A DNA stretch of 64,000 bases from Eledone cirrhosa (Eukaryota), in NCBI GenBank assembly GCA_964016885.1, contig OZ024747.1, forward strand, positions 63,240,001 through 63,304,000, in the 5' to 3' direction. Below, piece by piece: positions 14,095-25,508 of this stretch (positions within the stretch are counted from its first letter, which is position 1; the number at the start of each line of letters is the position of its first letter). Position numbers and translations under genes: made by a program. The notes below the pieces were generated by a model that saw only the letters and a list, made by a program, of their open reading frames with translations, searched no databases and was not told where the DNA came from.

Positions 14095-14483
14095 AATTGG
14101 TAGTATCAATAGAGCATCAGACTCCACGGTCCTTTACATTCTGAGTTCAAATCCTGCCAAGGTTAATTTTGCCTTTCATTCTTACGGGGTTGATAAAATA
14201 AAGTACCAGTCACGCACTGAGGTTAATTTAATCGATTTTCCCCTCCTCCAAAAATTGCTGGCCTTGTGCCTATAGTAGAAACCATTATTATTATTGGATT
14301 GACAGTATTGGTAGAGGGTCGGACGCCATGCTTTGCAGCACAGTTACATCCCTTTACGGACTGAGTTCAAATCCCGCCTTGGTTAACTTTTCCTTTCATC
14401 CTTACGGGGGTCGATAAAATAAAGTACCAGTAATGCACTGGGATAATTGCTGGCCTTGTGCCAAAAGTAGAAACAATTATTAT
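14095..14483 (+). mobile_element. Two head-to-tail SINE family A copies
   Basis: Units ~14095-14290 and ~14295-14483, each with GAGTTCAAATCC B-box and CCTTTCAT..GATAAAATAAAGTACCAG. Confidence 0.88.
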
Positions 14484-15441
14484 TGAAGTCTCAGTCATTG
14501 ATGTTATTTAACTGGAAAGTTTGTTGAAATGAACATCAAGCCGTTACCTGCAGCCTCAGATATTGAGGATGTATCGAAGGGTTCTTGCTATTCCCAACAA
14601 GCATGACTTTTGAAGTGTACCAAAAAAGGGGGCTGAACTAATATTCTTTATTTTTATTCAACTTTGGGGAAGTTGTTATATTTGTTTTAAATGTGTATTT
14701 TCTTAGTCTCTTTTATAAATTTTATTTTACACAAAGAAAAACCTACACTGTATCATCCTGTATCATAGTTAATGTTTCCTTAATGTGAACCCTGTGTGGC
14801 TAATAAAGAAATCATTATTATTATTATTATTTTTTCATTTATCTTGCTTTATGTTCATACGAGTTATCACCAAGTTACAACCAGTGACCTCAAGAGACAA
14901 CAAGGTCTGCCATGTTCAAGAAAGAACATACATACACACATGTATCTTTAGGTGTTTAGACTTACGATGTATTTATATGGATTATTATTATTATTAAATA
15001 ATATTAATATTAATTAATTATTGGCTGTTATAGTTATCTTTTATATTTTCTTTTTACCAGGAGCGCATGACATGTGCTAAAATCAGGCGGTCTGGCTTTA
15101 ACGATGCCAGTAACACTTCCACTGAAGCCTTGGGGATTCTTTCATCCTGGTAAGTTAAGCTCTCCATTTTTCTTTCTTTCTGGTTTCAGTCATCGGCCTT
15201 GCTGGGGCAACGTCTTTTGTCGATTGAAGCCTGCTCGCTCCCCAGTATTTTTATCATTGATATCTGTTATACTTGACTTCTAAGTTGCAGGACATAAACA
15301 AAGAGCACTAGTTGTAAAGTAACAATCTACATTGACACAAACATGAATAAACACACACTCACATACACATATTAACATATGTACTTATGTGCAATGTATG
15401 TATGTGTGAAGGCCTGTGACTTTGTTGTTAGAGAGTTGGAT

Positions 15442-15472
<31 letters not shown>

Positions 15473-15549
15473 GTTAATGAAAAAGGATTAATCAATGAAA
15501 AAACCTCATTGTCTACCAGCATATCATGAAAAATCATACATCACCTATG

Positions 15550-15626
15550 TATTTTATCTGACAAGGACATGTTCTGTTTTATGTTATACATAAACCTTGC
15601 ATCTTTGAAATATATATAAGGAAATA
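15550..15626 (+). ncRNA. Degenerate type-I hammerhead ribozyme (PLE pLTR-like)
   Basis: TATTTTAT-CTGACAA (core mutated)-stem II-GAAA-TATATA-TA-AGGAAATA, in a (TA)n-flanked module. Confidence 0.5.
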
Positions 15627-15691
15627 AATAGAGATGATATAAAGTATATATCTTTTGTTTATTACTATTATTAATATTATTGTAATATACA

Positions 15692-15877
15692 TGGTGGATT
15701 GGCAGTATCAGTAGAGGGTCGGACACCACGCTTTGACACATAGAGTTACGGCTCTTGCCATTCTGAGTTCAAATCCCGCCGAGGTTAACTTTGCCTTTCA
15801 TCCTTACGGAGTCGATAAAATAAAGTACCAGTAATGCACTGGGTAATTGCTGGCCTTGTGCCTAAAGTAGAAACAAT
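15692..15877 (+). mobile_element. SINE family A with ~15-bp TSD
   Basis: TATTATTGTAATATA at 15675-15689 and 15878-15892. Confidence 0.9.
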
Positions 15878-15962
15878 TATTATTGTAATATATATATATA
15901 TAATTGACTGCCATGACTAAATTATAACCATCAACATAGTAGAGGTATGTCAGGCATCAACT

Positions 15963-16028
15963 TATTTTATCTGATGAGGACGTACTGTTGAAATAGCTCA
16001 GTACCTCTGATATATGTATAATAAAATA
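15963..16028 (+). ncRNA. Type-I hammerhead ribozyme with GAAA>GATA mutation
   Basis: Stem I TATTTTAT/ATAAAATA perfect; CTGATGA; stem II GTACTG/CAGTAC; GATA-TATGTA-TA. Confidence 0.65.
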
Positions 16029-16171
16029 TATTTGATCACATGAATGTCTATATTTATTAATATTTTGAACTAATCTTATATATATATATGTGTGTATATA
16101 TATATATATATCTAACCCATGCTAGCGTGGAAAGTGGACGATAAACGAGGATGATGATGATATATATATAT

Positions 16172-16597
16172 GAAGGCGCATGACTTAGTGGTTAGAGCAT
16201 TGGGCTTGCAATCGAAAGGTTGTGAGTTCAATTATCAGACCAGGTGATGTGTTGTTTCCTTGAACAAGACACTTTATTTCACATTGCTCCAGTTTACTCA
16301 GCTGTAGAAATGAGATGATAGGGTTGGGTGATTGAAGCCTGCTCGCTCCCCTGTGTGCTTTTTTCCGCGGTCCCTATCATTCCACTGCAAAGTGGTCGTG
16401 GAGGTGCCATGGCAAAAAAGCACTCAGCCCACACTGTAAAGTGGACGTGTAGGCACCGCGGAAAAAAGCACACAGCACTCAAAGTAAATGAGGTTGGTGT
16501 TAGGAATGGCATCCAGTTATAGAAATCAAGCCAGAATCAGTTCCTGTCCCACCCTTGCAAGCAGGGAAAAGCGGACGTAAAATGATGATGATGATGA
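16172..16597 (+). mobile_element. Composite SINE (tRNA A/B boxes + family B core + internal repeats + family C tail)
   Basis: GGCGCATGACTTAGTGGTTAGAGC..GAGTTCAATT..TTGTTTCCTTGAACAAGACACTTTATTTCAC..GGACGTAAAATGATGATG. Confidence 0.88.
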
Positions 16598-16620
16598 TAT
16601 ATATATATATAATAAAGAAG

Positions 16621-16831
16621 ACGATCGACTTTCGTCAAATCGGACCGAGGGAACAATGTTTCCGTTGGTCTTTCCAATTGCTAATACTATCTATCGGTCG
16701 CAACTCCAGGTAGAAGGAGCAACGTGAAATAAAGTGTCTTGCTCAAGGACATAACGCATCGCCTGGTCCAGGAATCGAACTCACAACCTTACGATTGCGA
16801 ATCCAATTCTCTAACCACTCAGCCACACGCC
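16621..16831 (-). mobile_element. SINE family B variant
   Basis: Minus strand GGCGTGTGGCTGAGTGGTTAGAG..GAGTTCGATTCC; same tail as 33053-33210. Confidence 0.85.
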
Positions 16832-16942
16832 TATATATATATATATATGTATAAAAGATATTTAATTTGTTAGAAATCCAACAATTATAGATGTTTACAA
16901 CTGATTCAAAGCACTCGACAGTTTCTGGAGTAAGTATTCAAT

Positions 16943-17296
16943 TGATATTAAATAAATGGAAACTATATTTACAAAACCATATTTATTCTATTATATATAT
17001 TTCAAGGGTACCAACATTTTTGGTACGCTATTATCAGATAAAATACAAAATGTTTTATAAATATTTGACATACCTCAACAGTTCAAGTTATCCCTGGAAT
17101 ACCTTAATGGTTCAAGTTATCCCTTTCCAGGGATAACTTGAACCGTTAAGGTATATCATCCTTGGTCATGTCAAATATTTATAAAACATTTTGTATTTTA
17201 TCTGATGATAGCGTACCAAAAATGTTGGTACCCTTGAAATATATATAATAGAATAAATATGGTTTTATAAATATAGTTTCCATTTATTTAATATCA
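16943..17296. repeat. Foldback inverted repeat (129-bp arms 16943-17071 / 17168-17296) with nested inner inversions
   Basis: Arms reverse-complementary with ~2 mismatches; inner IR 17100-17124/17129-17153; abuts long (TA)n. Confidence 0.92.
17194..17255 (+). ncRNA. Type-I minimal hammerhead ribozyme (inverted copy 16984-17045 has CTGATAA)
   Basis: TATTTTAT-CTGATGA-[GTACCAA aaatg TTGGTAC]-GAAA-TATATA-TA|ATAGAATA; palindromic stem III. Confidence 0.8.
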
Positions 17297-17373
<77 letters not shown>

Positions 17374-17799
17374 TTATATGTGGTTATAGTTCACCTTTTT
17401 CAATGCACATTTTTACCCTTCATTCTTCAATTGATAAAATTGTCTAGCCACATTGAAACGAGCATAGATCTATAAATTAATAATAGTTGTACTAATCCTT
17501 GGTCTTATTGAATTTTGAATTATGTATGTATGTATGTTTATGTGTGAGTGTGTATATATATATATATATAAAGTGTAAAGACCCCTTTGGTTATGAATGA
17601 CCATGGGACTTGCAACTAGAAAGTTCCCCTCCAAGGCACAAGCCTCGGCAAGGTATTTTTGTGAAAGACCAGCAATCACCTATGCATACTTTCCAAGGGA
17701 AAGCAAAAAGCCAATGACACCATGACACCACAACTCATTTCTACAGGTGAGTGAAATGAAACATGAAATAAAGTGTCTTTCTCAATGACAATACATTGT

Positions 17800-18770
17800 T
17801 CAGCCCAGAAATTGCATGATGTTTTCCAGGAAGATGTTGAAAAATACTGGAGAAAAGAGACACCCTTATTGAACTCCCACTGTTGTCTTGAAGAATTCTC
17901 CAGAATTAGAACTGCTCTGTTTGAGTCATTATATAGTGCTTTAATGAGGTGAATGTCAAAGTTGAAATCCTTCATCACCTTCCACAAATCCTCATGCCAA
18001 ACATGGTCAAAGACCTTTTTTAAAGTCAATGAAGATATGATAGAGGTTAGATTGGTGCTGCAGGTGTTTCTCACTGAGCAGTCTGATGTTAAATATCTGC
18101 TCTGTTGTACTTCTTTTAGGGCCTGAAACCTGCCTGTTCTTCTGCCAGGATTTCTTCTGCTTTTTCCTTAAGTCTGTTTAGAAGAACTCTTAACAATACT
18201 TTGCTTGGGTGACTTACTAGGCTGATTGTTATGTAGATCTGGCAGAGTCTTAAGTTTCCTTTCTTGGGAATTGGTATCATCAGTGATTGGGTCCACTCTC
18301 TTGGCCACTTCTTTGTTTCCCATATCTTCTGACAGATAACTGTCAGTACCTGATATGTGTGGCTTCCTTTTTATGGATCTTTTTCAAAAATCAAATCATA
18401 ATCACTGTTGACATCTGCACCAGGGAAGGTCCTTGTCTTTGCTTTATTGATACTGGACTTGAGCATTTAAGGTGTGAGGAGGAAGTCAATTTGGTTGTGA
18501 GTCCTGCCATTGGGTGCATGCTATGTTGTTCTCTGTGAGGACTTGTGTGGGAACAGTGTGTTGGCTAGGGTCAGCTTGTGGGTGCTGGCAAATTCTAAGA
18601 GGTGGAGTCCACAATCATTTTTTCTCCAATTCCAAATCGTCCCACAGTCCCAGCCTATTGGTCATACATACCTGGGCCTACTGTCACATTCCAGTATCCT
18701 AAGATGATGAGTATATCTTTTGTAGGAGATGTCCTGGTGATTCTATGAGGTCCTCATAGAATTCTTCAAC
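17800..18770 (-). mobile_element. RTE-clade LINE reverse transcriptase pseudogene fragment
   Basis: KWP.EWTQSLMIPIPKKGNLR..TISLVSHPSKVLLRVLLNRLK.KAEEILAEEQAGFR..QIFNIR..IFIDFKK.FDHVWHEDLWKVM, with frameshifts. Confidence 0.88.
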
Positions 18771-18975
18771 AGCTATAATGGAAGACACTTACTTAATATG
18801 TCTCACAATGGGACCAAACTCAAAACCACATAGTTGCAAAGCAAACTTCTTAACTGCACAATCATGTTTGCACCTATGCAAAATGCATTTTATAAAAATC
18901 CAAAAGTGTGTGGAAATAAATCTTACAAGTTTGATATATATTTATATATATACACACACACACACACACATATAT

Positions 18976-19023
<48 letters not shown>

Positions 19024-19170
19024 ATGTTTGTATGTATATATATGTATATATATATATATGTATATATATACACATATATATACATACATACACACACGCA
19101 TATATAAATATACACACACACATATATATACATACATACACGCACACACATATATATCTATCTATCTATC

Positions 19171-19205
<35 letters not shown>

Positions 19206-19489
19206 TATTGCCACAAAACATTTATAGGATTGTAACAGAATAGTTATAGATTTTCCCCTTACTGAGTAGATTTGGTGATTTCACTTCCTTTTTCTATCAC
19301 ACTTTCAGGAAATTCTATTATACCATTGTTACAGTGAGAGAGAGAGAAACAGAGAGAGAGAGAGAGATTGAGAGAGAGGGAAAGAGAGAAAGAGATAGGG
19401 GAAAGATTGAGGGAGAGATCGAGAGGCCGATAAAGTAAAAAAGAAATGGCAACACTTCTGGCAACAATCTAGTGATGACAATATATATA

Positions 19490-19559
<70 letters not shown>

Positions 19560-19582
19560 TACACACACGCACACACACACAC

Positions 19583-19645
<63 letters not shown>

Positions 19646-20060
19646 GTATTTATTTTAGCTTCTAGATATTCTTTTATCACAAAACTACATAATGCATATG
19701 TGCATTGAATGCATTGTATGCACTGCATGCCTTGTATGTTGATATGTTTGTGAAGAAATATATCTTAAGGCAGCACCAGTGCCAGTAAGTTCTCTTAGTT
19801 ATGCAATCTACCAAAATAAGAATTGAATTATAGTTTTGAAATAATTGCTGTAAGACATATTCTACTAGTGAAAGATATTAACATGTTAGGACACAGTTTA
19901 TTCCATAATTGGAATATTTACATTTATCTCTAATTCTTATCTCTCTCCATATATACCTCTGTCTATCTCTGTGCCTCTGTCTATCTTTGTGCCTCTGTCT
20001 TTCTGTCTATCTCTGTCTCTCTCTGTCTATTTGTCTGTGTCTCTCTATCTGTCTATTTAT

Positions 20061-20112
<52 letters not shown>

Positions 20113-20124
20113 TTTTCTCTCCGG

Positions 20125-20510
20125 ACAACAATTGATTCCCTTCTTTAAGTATCACTTTAGAAGGAGAATCAGGGTGGAGAGAGAGGCACTGCACCCCAGT
20201 AAATTTACTGAAAGGTGGGTGAATGAAGCGAAAATGGCCCGAGTGATTGGGCCTTCTCTGTTTATAAGCCTGTGGGTTAAAGAAGAGAGCAAAGGAAGAA
20301 GGGAGCACCTGCACAACAGGCTCCTGAAGTTGAGGGTTGTTCTATCGACGGGGTATTAAACAACCCATTTGTGGCGCCTCCCCCCTATTGGGGATTTCGA
20401 TTGTTGTAATTGTTTGTTTTTATATTTTTTACACGACTGCATATAAAATCCCCGGCATGTCTTTGTATTGTCCCCTTTTCTTGTGCACCCTTGTGGCTAA
20501 TAAAGAAATA
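20125..20510 (+). mobile_element. L1/Tx1-like LINE 3' end inserted in (CTAT)n
   Basis: LIPFFKYHFRRRIRVEREAL..KFTERWV resembles a Tx1 ORF2 C-terminus; 3'UTR ends GTGGCTAATAAAGAAA; tail recurs at ~20573, ~20661 and 14785. Confidence 0.6.
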
Positions 20511-20821
20511 TATCTGTCTGTCTGTCTGTCTGTCTACCTCTCTCTCTCTCTCTCTCTCTCTTTCTATCTATCTGTGCGCCCTTGTGGCAAATAAAGAAAT
20601 ATATCTATCTATCAATTTATCTATCTATCTGTCTCTCTCTCTCTATATATATCTATCTTTTGTGCCCCTGTGGCTAATAAAGAAACATATCTATCTATCT
20701 ATCCATTTATCTATCTATCTGTCTGTCTGTCTGTCTCTCTATCTGTCTGTCTCTATCTGCCTGTGCCTGATTGTTTGTCTGCATCCAAACTCCCACACTC
20801 ACCCATCTACTAATTTCAGCC

Positions 20822-21800
20822 TGTTTGTCTATCTGGTTGACCATCTATCTGTTTGTCTGTTTGTGCAGCTGGTTGATCATCTGCCTGTCTATCTACTTAT
20901 ATGTCTGTCTATCTGGTTGACCATCTATCTGTTTGTCTGTTTGTGCAGCTGGTTGATCATTTGCCTGTCTATGTACTTATATGTCTGTCTATCTGGTTGA
21001 CCATCTATCTGTTTGTGCAGCTGGTTGATCATCTGCCTGTCTATCTACTTATATGTCTGTCTATCTGGTTGACGATCTATCTGTTTGTCTGTTTGTGCAG
21101 CTGGTTGATCATCTGCCTGTCTATCTACTTATATGTCTGTCTATCTGGTTGACTATCTATCTGTTTGTCTGTTTGTGCAGCTGGTTGATCATCTGCCTGT
21201 CTATCTACTTATATGTCTGTCTATCTGGTTGACCATCTATCTGTTTGTCTGTTTGTGCAGCTGGTTGATCATCTGCCTGTCTATCTACTTATATGTCTGT
21301 CTATCTGGTTGACTATCTATCTGTTTGTCTGTTTGTGCAGCTGGTTGATCATCTGCCTGTCTCTCTACTTATATGTCTGTCTATCTGGCTGACCATCTAT
21401 CTGTTTGTCTGTTTGTGCAGCTGGTTGATCATCTGCCTGTCTCTCTACTTATATGTCTGTCTATCTGGCTGACCATCTATCTGTTTGTCTGTTTGTGCAG
21501 CTGGTTGATCATCTGCCTGTCTATCTACTTATATGTCTGTCTATCTGGTTGACTATCTATCTGTTTGTCTGTTTGTGCAGCTGGTTGATCATCTGCCTGT
21601 CTATCTACTTATATGTCTGTCTATCTGGTTGATTATCTATCTGTTTGTCTGTTAGTGCAGCTGGTTGATCATCTGCCTGTCTATCTACTTATATGTCTGT
21701 CTATCTGGTTGATTATCTATCTGTTTGTCTGTTTCTGGAGCTGGTTGATCATTTGCCTGTCTATCTACTTATATGTCTGTCTATCTGGTTGACTATCTGT
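20822..21800. repeat. 80-bp minisatellite, ~12 copies, fading into degenerate (TCTG/TCTA)n to ~22260
   Basis: Unit CTATCTGGTTGACCATCTATCTGTTTGTCTGTTTGTGCAGCTGGTTGATCATCTGCCTGTCTATCTACTTATATGTCTGT starts at 21061, 21141, 21221, 21301... Confidence 0.95.
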
Positions 21801-22515
21801 CTATCTATCTAACTGACCATCTGTCTATTTGGCTGACTGTCCATCTTTCTATTTGTTTGTCTGTCTACCTGACTGACCACCTGTCTATATATATATGCCT
21901 GCATGTCTACCTGGCTTACCATCTCTCTATCTATCTGTTTGTCTGCCTGTCTGTCTATTTGGCTGTTTGTCTATCTTTGCTGACCATCTGTCTATCTAGC
22001 GGAACATCTGTCTATCTATTTGTGTTGTGTGTGTGTCTATCTGGTTGACAATTTGCATGTCTACCTGTTGGTCTGTCTGTCTGTCTATCTGTTTGTCTGT
22101 CTATCTGGTTGACCATCTGCCTGTCTACCTGTTGATCTGTCTGTCTAACTGACTGACCATCTGTCTGTCTATCTGGCTTACCATCAGTCTATTGGGCTGG
22201 CTATCTGTCTATCTATTTGTCTATTTGTTTCACTCTCTATCTATCGATTTATCTTTCTAGCTATCTACCTCACTGCCTGTCCACCCCTTTGTCTGTATCT
22301 CATGCCCACTCATACATAAACCCTGCACATATTTAATATTGGAGAGTGAAATATCCCTGATAATAATATCACTATATAGTAGTTGCAAATTCTACTTTGA
22401 ACATGTGTGTATGTGCATAGGTTTGTTTGTTAATTTCATATATATACATATATATATATATAAAATATTAAACAAATAATGAACAAACAATTCCTTATAT
22501 TAAACAAAAAAAGTT

Positions 22516-22666
22516 CATTATTTAACGATCGTTTCTAGGATATATATGTGTTATAATTGGTATGCATATTCAACAGATCTATGTACAAAATTATACAAAA
22601 TTATACAAATTATCAAGATTAAATATACATACCAAACACATATATACGCCGTCTTCAGAAATAATG
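22516..22666 (-). ncRNA. Type-I hammerhead ribozyme with very long stem II
   Basis: Minus: CATTATTT-CTGAAGA-(~115-nt hairpin TATATGTGTT.TGGTATG../..CATACCA.AACACATATA)-GAAA-CGATCG-TT|AAATAATG; perfect 8-bp stem I; in (TA)n. Confidence 0.8.
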
Positions 22667-22700
22667 GACACTACCGTAAACTCTTGGTAGATTTATCTAC

Positions 22701-22750
<50 letters not shown>

Positions 22751-22904
22751 AAGCACATACATACACACATATACACAAAAACATTATATATAGTCAGTTA
22801 TTCCTACTTGTGTACTGAAGATCCTAGATATCTACTTGGATAGTTAATGATATCAAAATCCAGATTTAATGATCTACTTGTGTATAGAAAGATATACGTA
22901 TACA

Positions 22905-23870
22905 TAGGTACCTTCACAAATGCACGCCCACACACACACACACACACACATACATACCTACACATATGCACTCTCAAGCACACACATATGTACCTACTCA
23001 TAAGCACTATCACACACACATATGTACCTACTCATATGCACTATCACACACACACATATATGTACCTACTCATATGCACTCTCACACACACACACATATG
23101 TACCTACTCATATGCACTCTCACACACACACACATATGTACCTACACATATGCACTCTCTCACACACACATATATGTACCTACACATATGCACTCTCACA
23201 CACATATATGTACCTACACATAAGCACTCTCACACACATATATGTACCTACACATATGCACTCTCACACACACACATATGTACCTACTCATAAGCACTCT
23301 CACACACATATATGTACCTACACATATGCACTCTCACACACACACACATATGTACCTACACATATGCACTCTCACACACACATATATGTACCTTCACAAA
23401 TGCACGCCCACACACACACATATATGTACCTACACATATGCACTCTCACACACACACACACATACATACCTACACATATGCACTCTCACACACACACACA
23501 TATGTACCTACACATATGCACTATCACACATACACATATGTACCTACACATATGCACTCTCACACACACACATATGTGTACCTACTCATATGCACTCTCA
23601 CACACACACATATGTACCTACACATATGCACTCTCACACACACACATATGTACCTATACATATGCACTCTCACACACACATATATGTACCTACACATATG
23701 CACTCTCACACACACATATGTACCTACTCATAAACACTATCACACACACACACATATGTACCTACACATATGCACTCTCACACAGACACACATATGTACC
23801 TACTCATATGCACTATCACACACACACATATACATACCTACATATGTGTACACGCGCACACACACACACA
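22905..23870. repeat. ~36-bp minisatellite CATATGTACCTACACATATGCACTCT(CA)n
   Basis: ~26 units with variable CA run; source of the spurious His/Thr ORFs. Confidence 0.95.
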
Positions 23871-24654
23871 TATATAATCTCTTCAATTTTCAAAGTACAC
23901 CATTATGTACAATATGTTTCTAGTCCCTGATTACCCATAGGAAAATACTTAGAATAACTCCTGACAAATTTAATATAGTATCCATTTAAGTATATAATCT
24001 TAGCCAAGCAATTTGTTTTGAATAACTTTAGTGTAAATCTGAAATAGAGAGACAACATAATTTATATGAAAGGAGGATTTATAGTGAAATATTTTGTTCT
24101 GCAGTTAACATAGAAATAAAGTGGTTGTACAATTCTAGAAATCAAAGTGCTTAGCGGAGCTGGTCCCTGGGCATTTAGTATTTAAGCCTAATCCTACAAT
24201 GTGCACCATACACCCCCTTTCTTCCAGTCATGGACCCCATACTTTTAAATAAAATAATTTCAATTTATAGTTTGTTAAGCTGACAAATCTAGTTTTTGAC
24301 ACTTCTTGCTTTGACTACAATAAGAAAATTATTCAGCTGGCATTGTTAATTACACAGTTCACACTCACATGTGCCAAATCATGTGATAGGCAAAAATACC
24401 TTATGGCCCTTTCCACTGCCTTGGATATTTCCACAATGCTGCTATTTAGCAAAGATGTGTAGGAATGTATTTATTGATAGCAGGAAATTATCATATATTT
24501 AATTTAGTTGTACAGATTTGTATAATATTTCATTCCTTTAAAGTTCAGTAATGTACATTTCTGAGGTCTTCAACTTAATACTTTGTCAGAAAAAGACAGC
24601 ACCCATGTCCCTTTTCAGGGTCTCCAAGATTGGTGGGTGGTAGAAAAGATTTCC

Positions 24655-25508
24655 TCAAACAGGAGATGTCCTGGATTCTTTTGAAGGAATCCAATGGACA
24701 GGTGCTGGTGTTAAAGCTGGTGTTAAACCTGGTACTGGTTTTAAACCTAGTGCTGGTGTTAAACCTGGTGCTGGTGTTAAACCTGGTACTGGATTTAAAC
24801 CAGGGTACTGGATTTAAACCTGGTACTGGTGTTAAACCTGGTGTTGGTGTTAAATCTGGTACTGGTTTTAAACCGGGTGCTGGTGTTAAACCTGGTGCTG
24901 GATTTAAACCTGGTGCTGGTGTTAAACCTGGTACTAGATTTAAACCTGGTGTTGGTGTTAAACCTGGTACTGGTTTTAAACCTGATACTAGTGTTAAACC
25001 TAGTGTTGGTGTTAAACTTGGTAATGTTGTTAAAGCTGGTGCTATTGTTAAACCTAGTGCTGGTGTTAAACCTGGTGTTGGTGCTAAACCGGGTGCTGGT
25101 GTTAAACCTGGTGCTGGATTTAAACCGGGTGCTGGTGTTAAACCTGTTACTGGATTTAAACCTGGTGTTGGTGTTAAACCTGGTACTAGATTTAAACCTG
25201 GTGTTGGTGTTAAACCTGGTAGTGGTTTTAAACCTGGTACTAGTGTTAAACCTAGTGTTGGTGTTAAACTTGGTAATGTTGTTAAAGCTGGTGCTATTGT
25301 TAAACCTGGTGCTGGTGTTAAACCTGGTGTTGGTGCTAAACCTGGTGCTGGTGTTAGATCTGGTGCTGGATTTAAACCTGGTGCTGGTGTTAAACCTGGT
25401 ACTGGATTTAAACCTGGTGTTGGTGTTAAACCTGGTACTGGTGTTAAAACTGGTGCTGGTGTTAGACCTGGTGCTGGTTGAAGTGTACCACCCAATGTGT
25501 TTAGAAAT
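24655..25508 (-). CDS. Candidate terminal coding exon: Pro/Gly-rich hexapeptide repeat P(A/V/T)PGL(T/N/K) ending ..[13 protein letters not shown], with a 1-nt frameshift at ~24802
   Basis: Acceptor TTTCATTTTAAAG| at 25509 with in-frame stop just upstream; non-repeat coding-like flanks ([10 protein letters not shown]; [14 protein letters not shown]); AATAAA on minus strand at ~24470. Confidence 0.5.
24700..25480. repeat. 18-bp tandem repeat AAACCTGGTGCTGGTGTT with a 252-bp (14-unit) higher-order duplication
   Basis: Diagnostic variant ACTAGATT at 24933 and 25185; AAACTTGGTAATG recurs at the same 252-nt offset. Confidence 0.95.

Noticed and set aside
16172-16250. tRNA genes at A/B-box motifs
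   Set aside because: No full cloverleaf, and each runs into a multi-copy SINE body
18778-19728. Long Tyr/Ile/His/Thr/Cys/Val ORFs (also at 34.4, 36.9, 45, 50, 54-56 and 59 kb)
   Set aside because: Translations of (TA)n/(CA)n/(GA)n microsatellites, which lack stop codons by composition
20822-21800. CRISPR-like regular array
   Set aside because: No unique spacers, no cas genes, eukaryotic context; a plain minisatellite
22847-23930. His-rich ORFs up to 302 aa
   Set aside because: Several overlapping frames are open over a minisatellite with variable CA runs that do not preserve frame
24630-25481. Plus-strand KPGAGV-repeat ORF and the LNLVLV/STRF frames
   Set aside because: Shadow frames of the 18-bp repeat. 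The minus PAPGLT frame has better splice, stop and polyA context, though the strand is not proven
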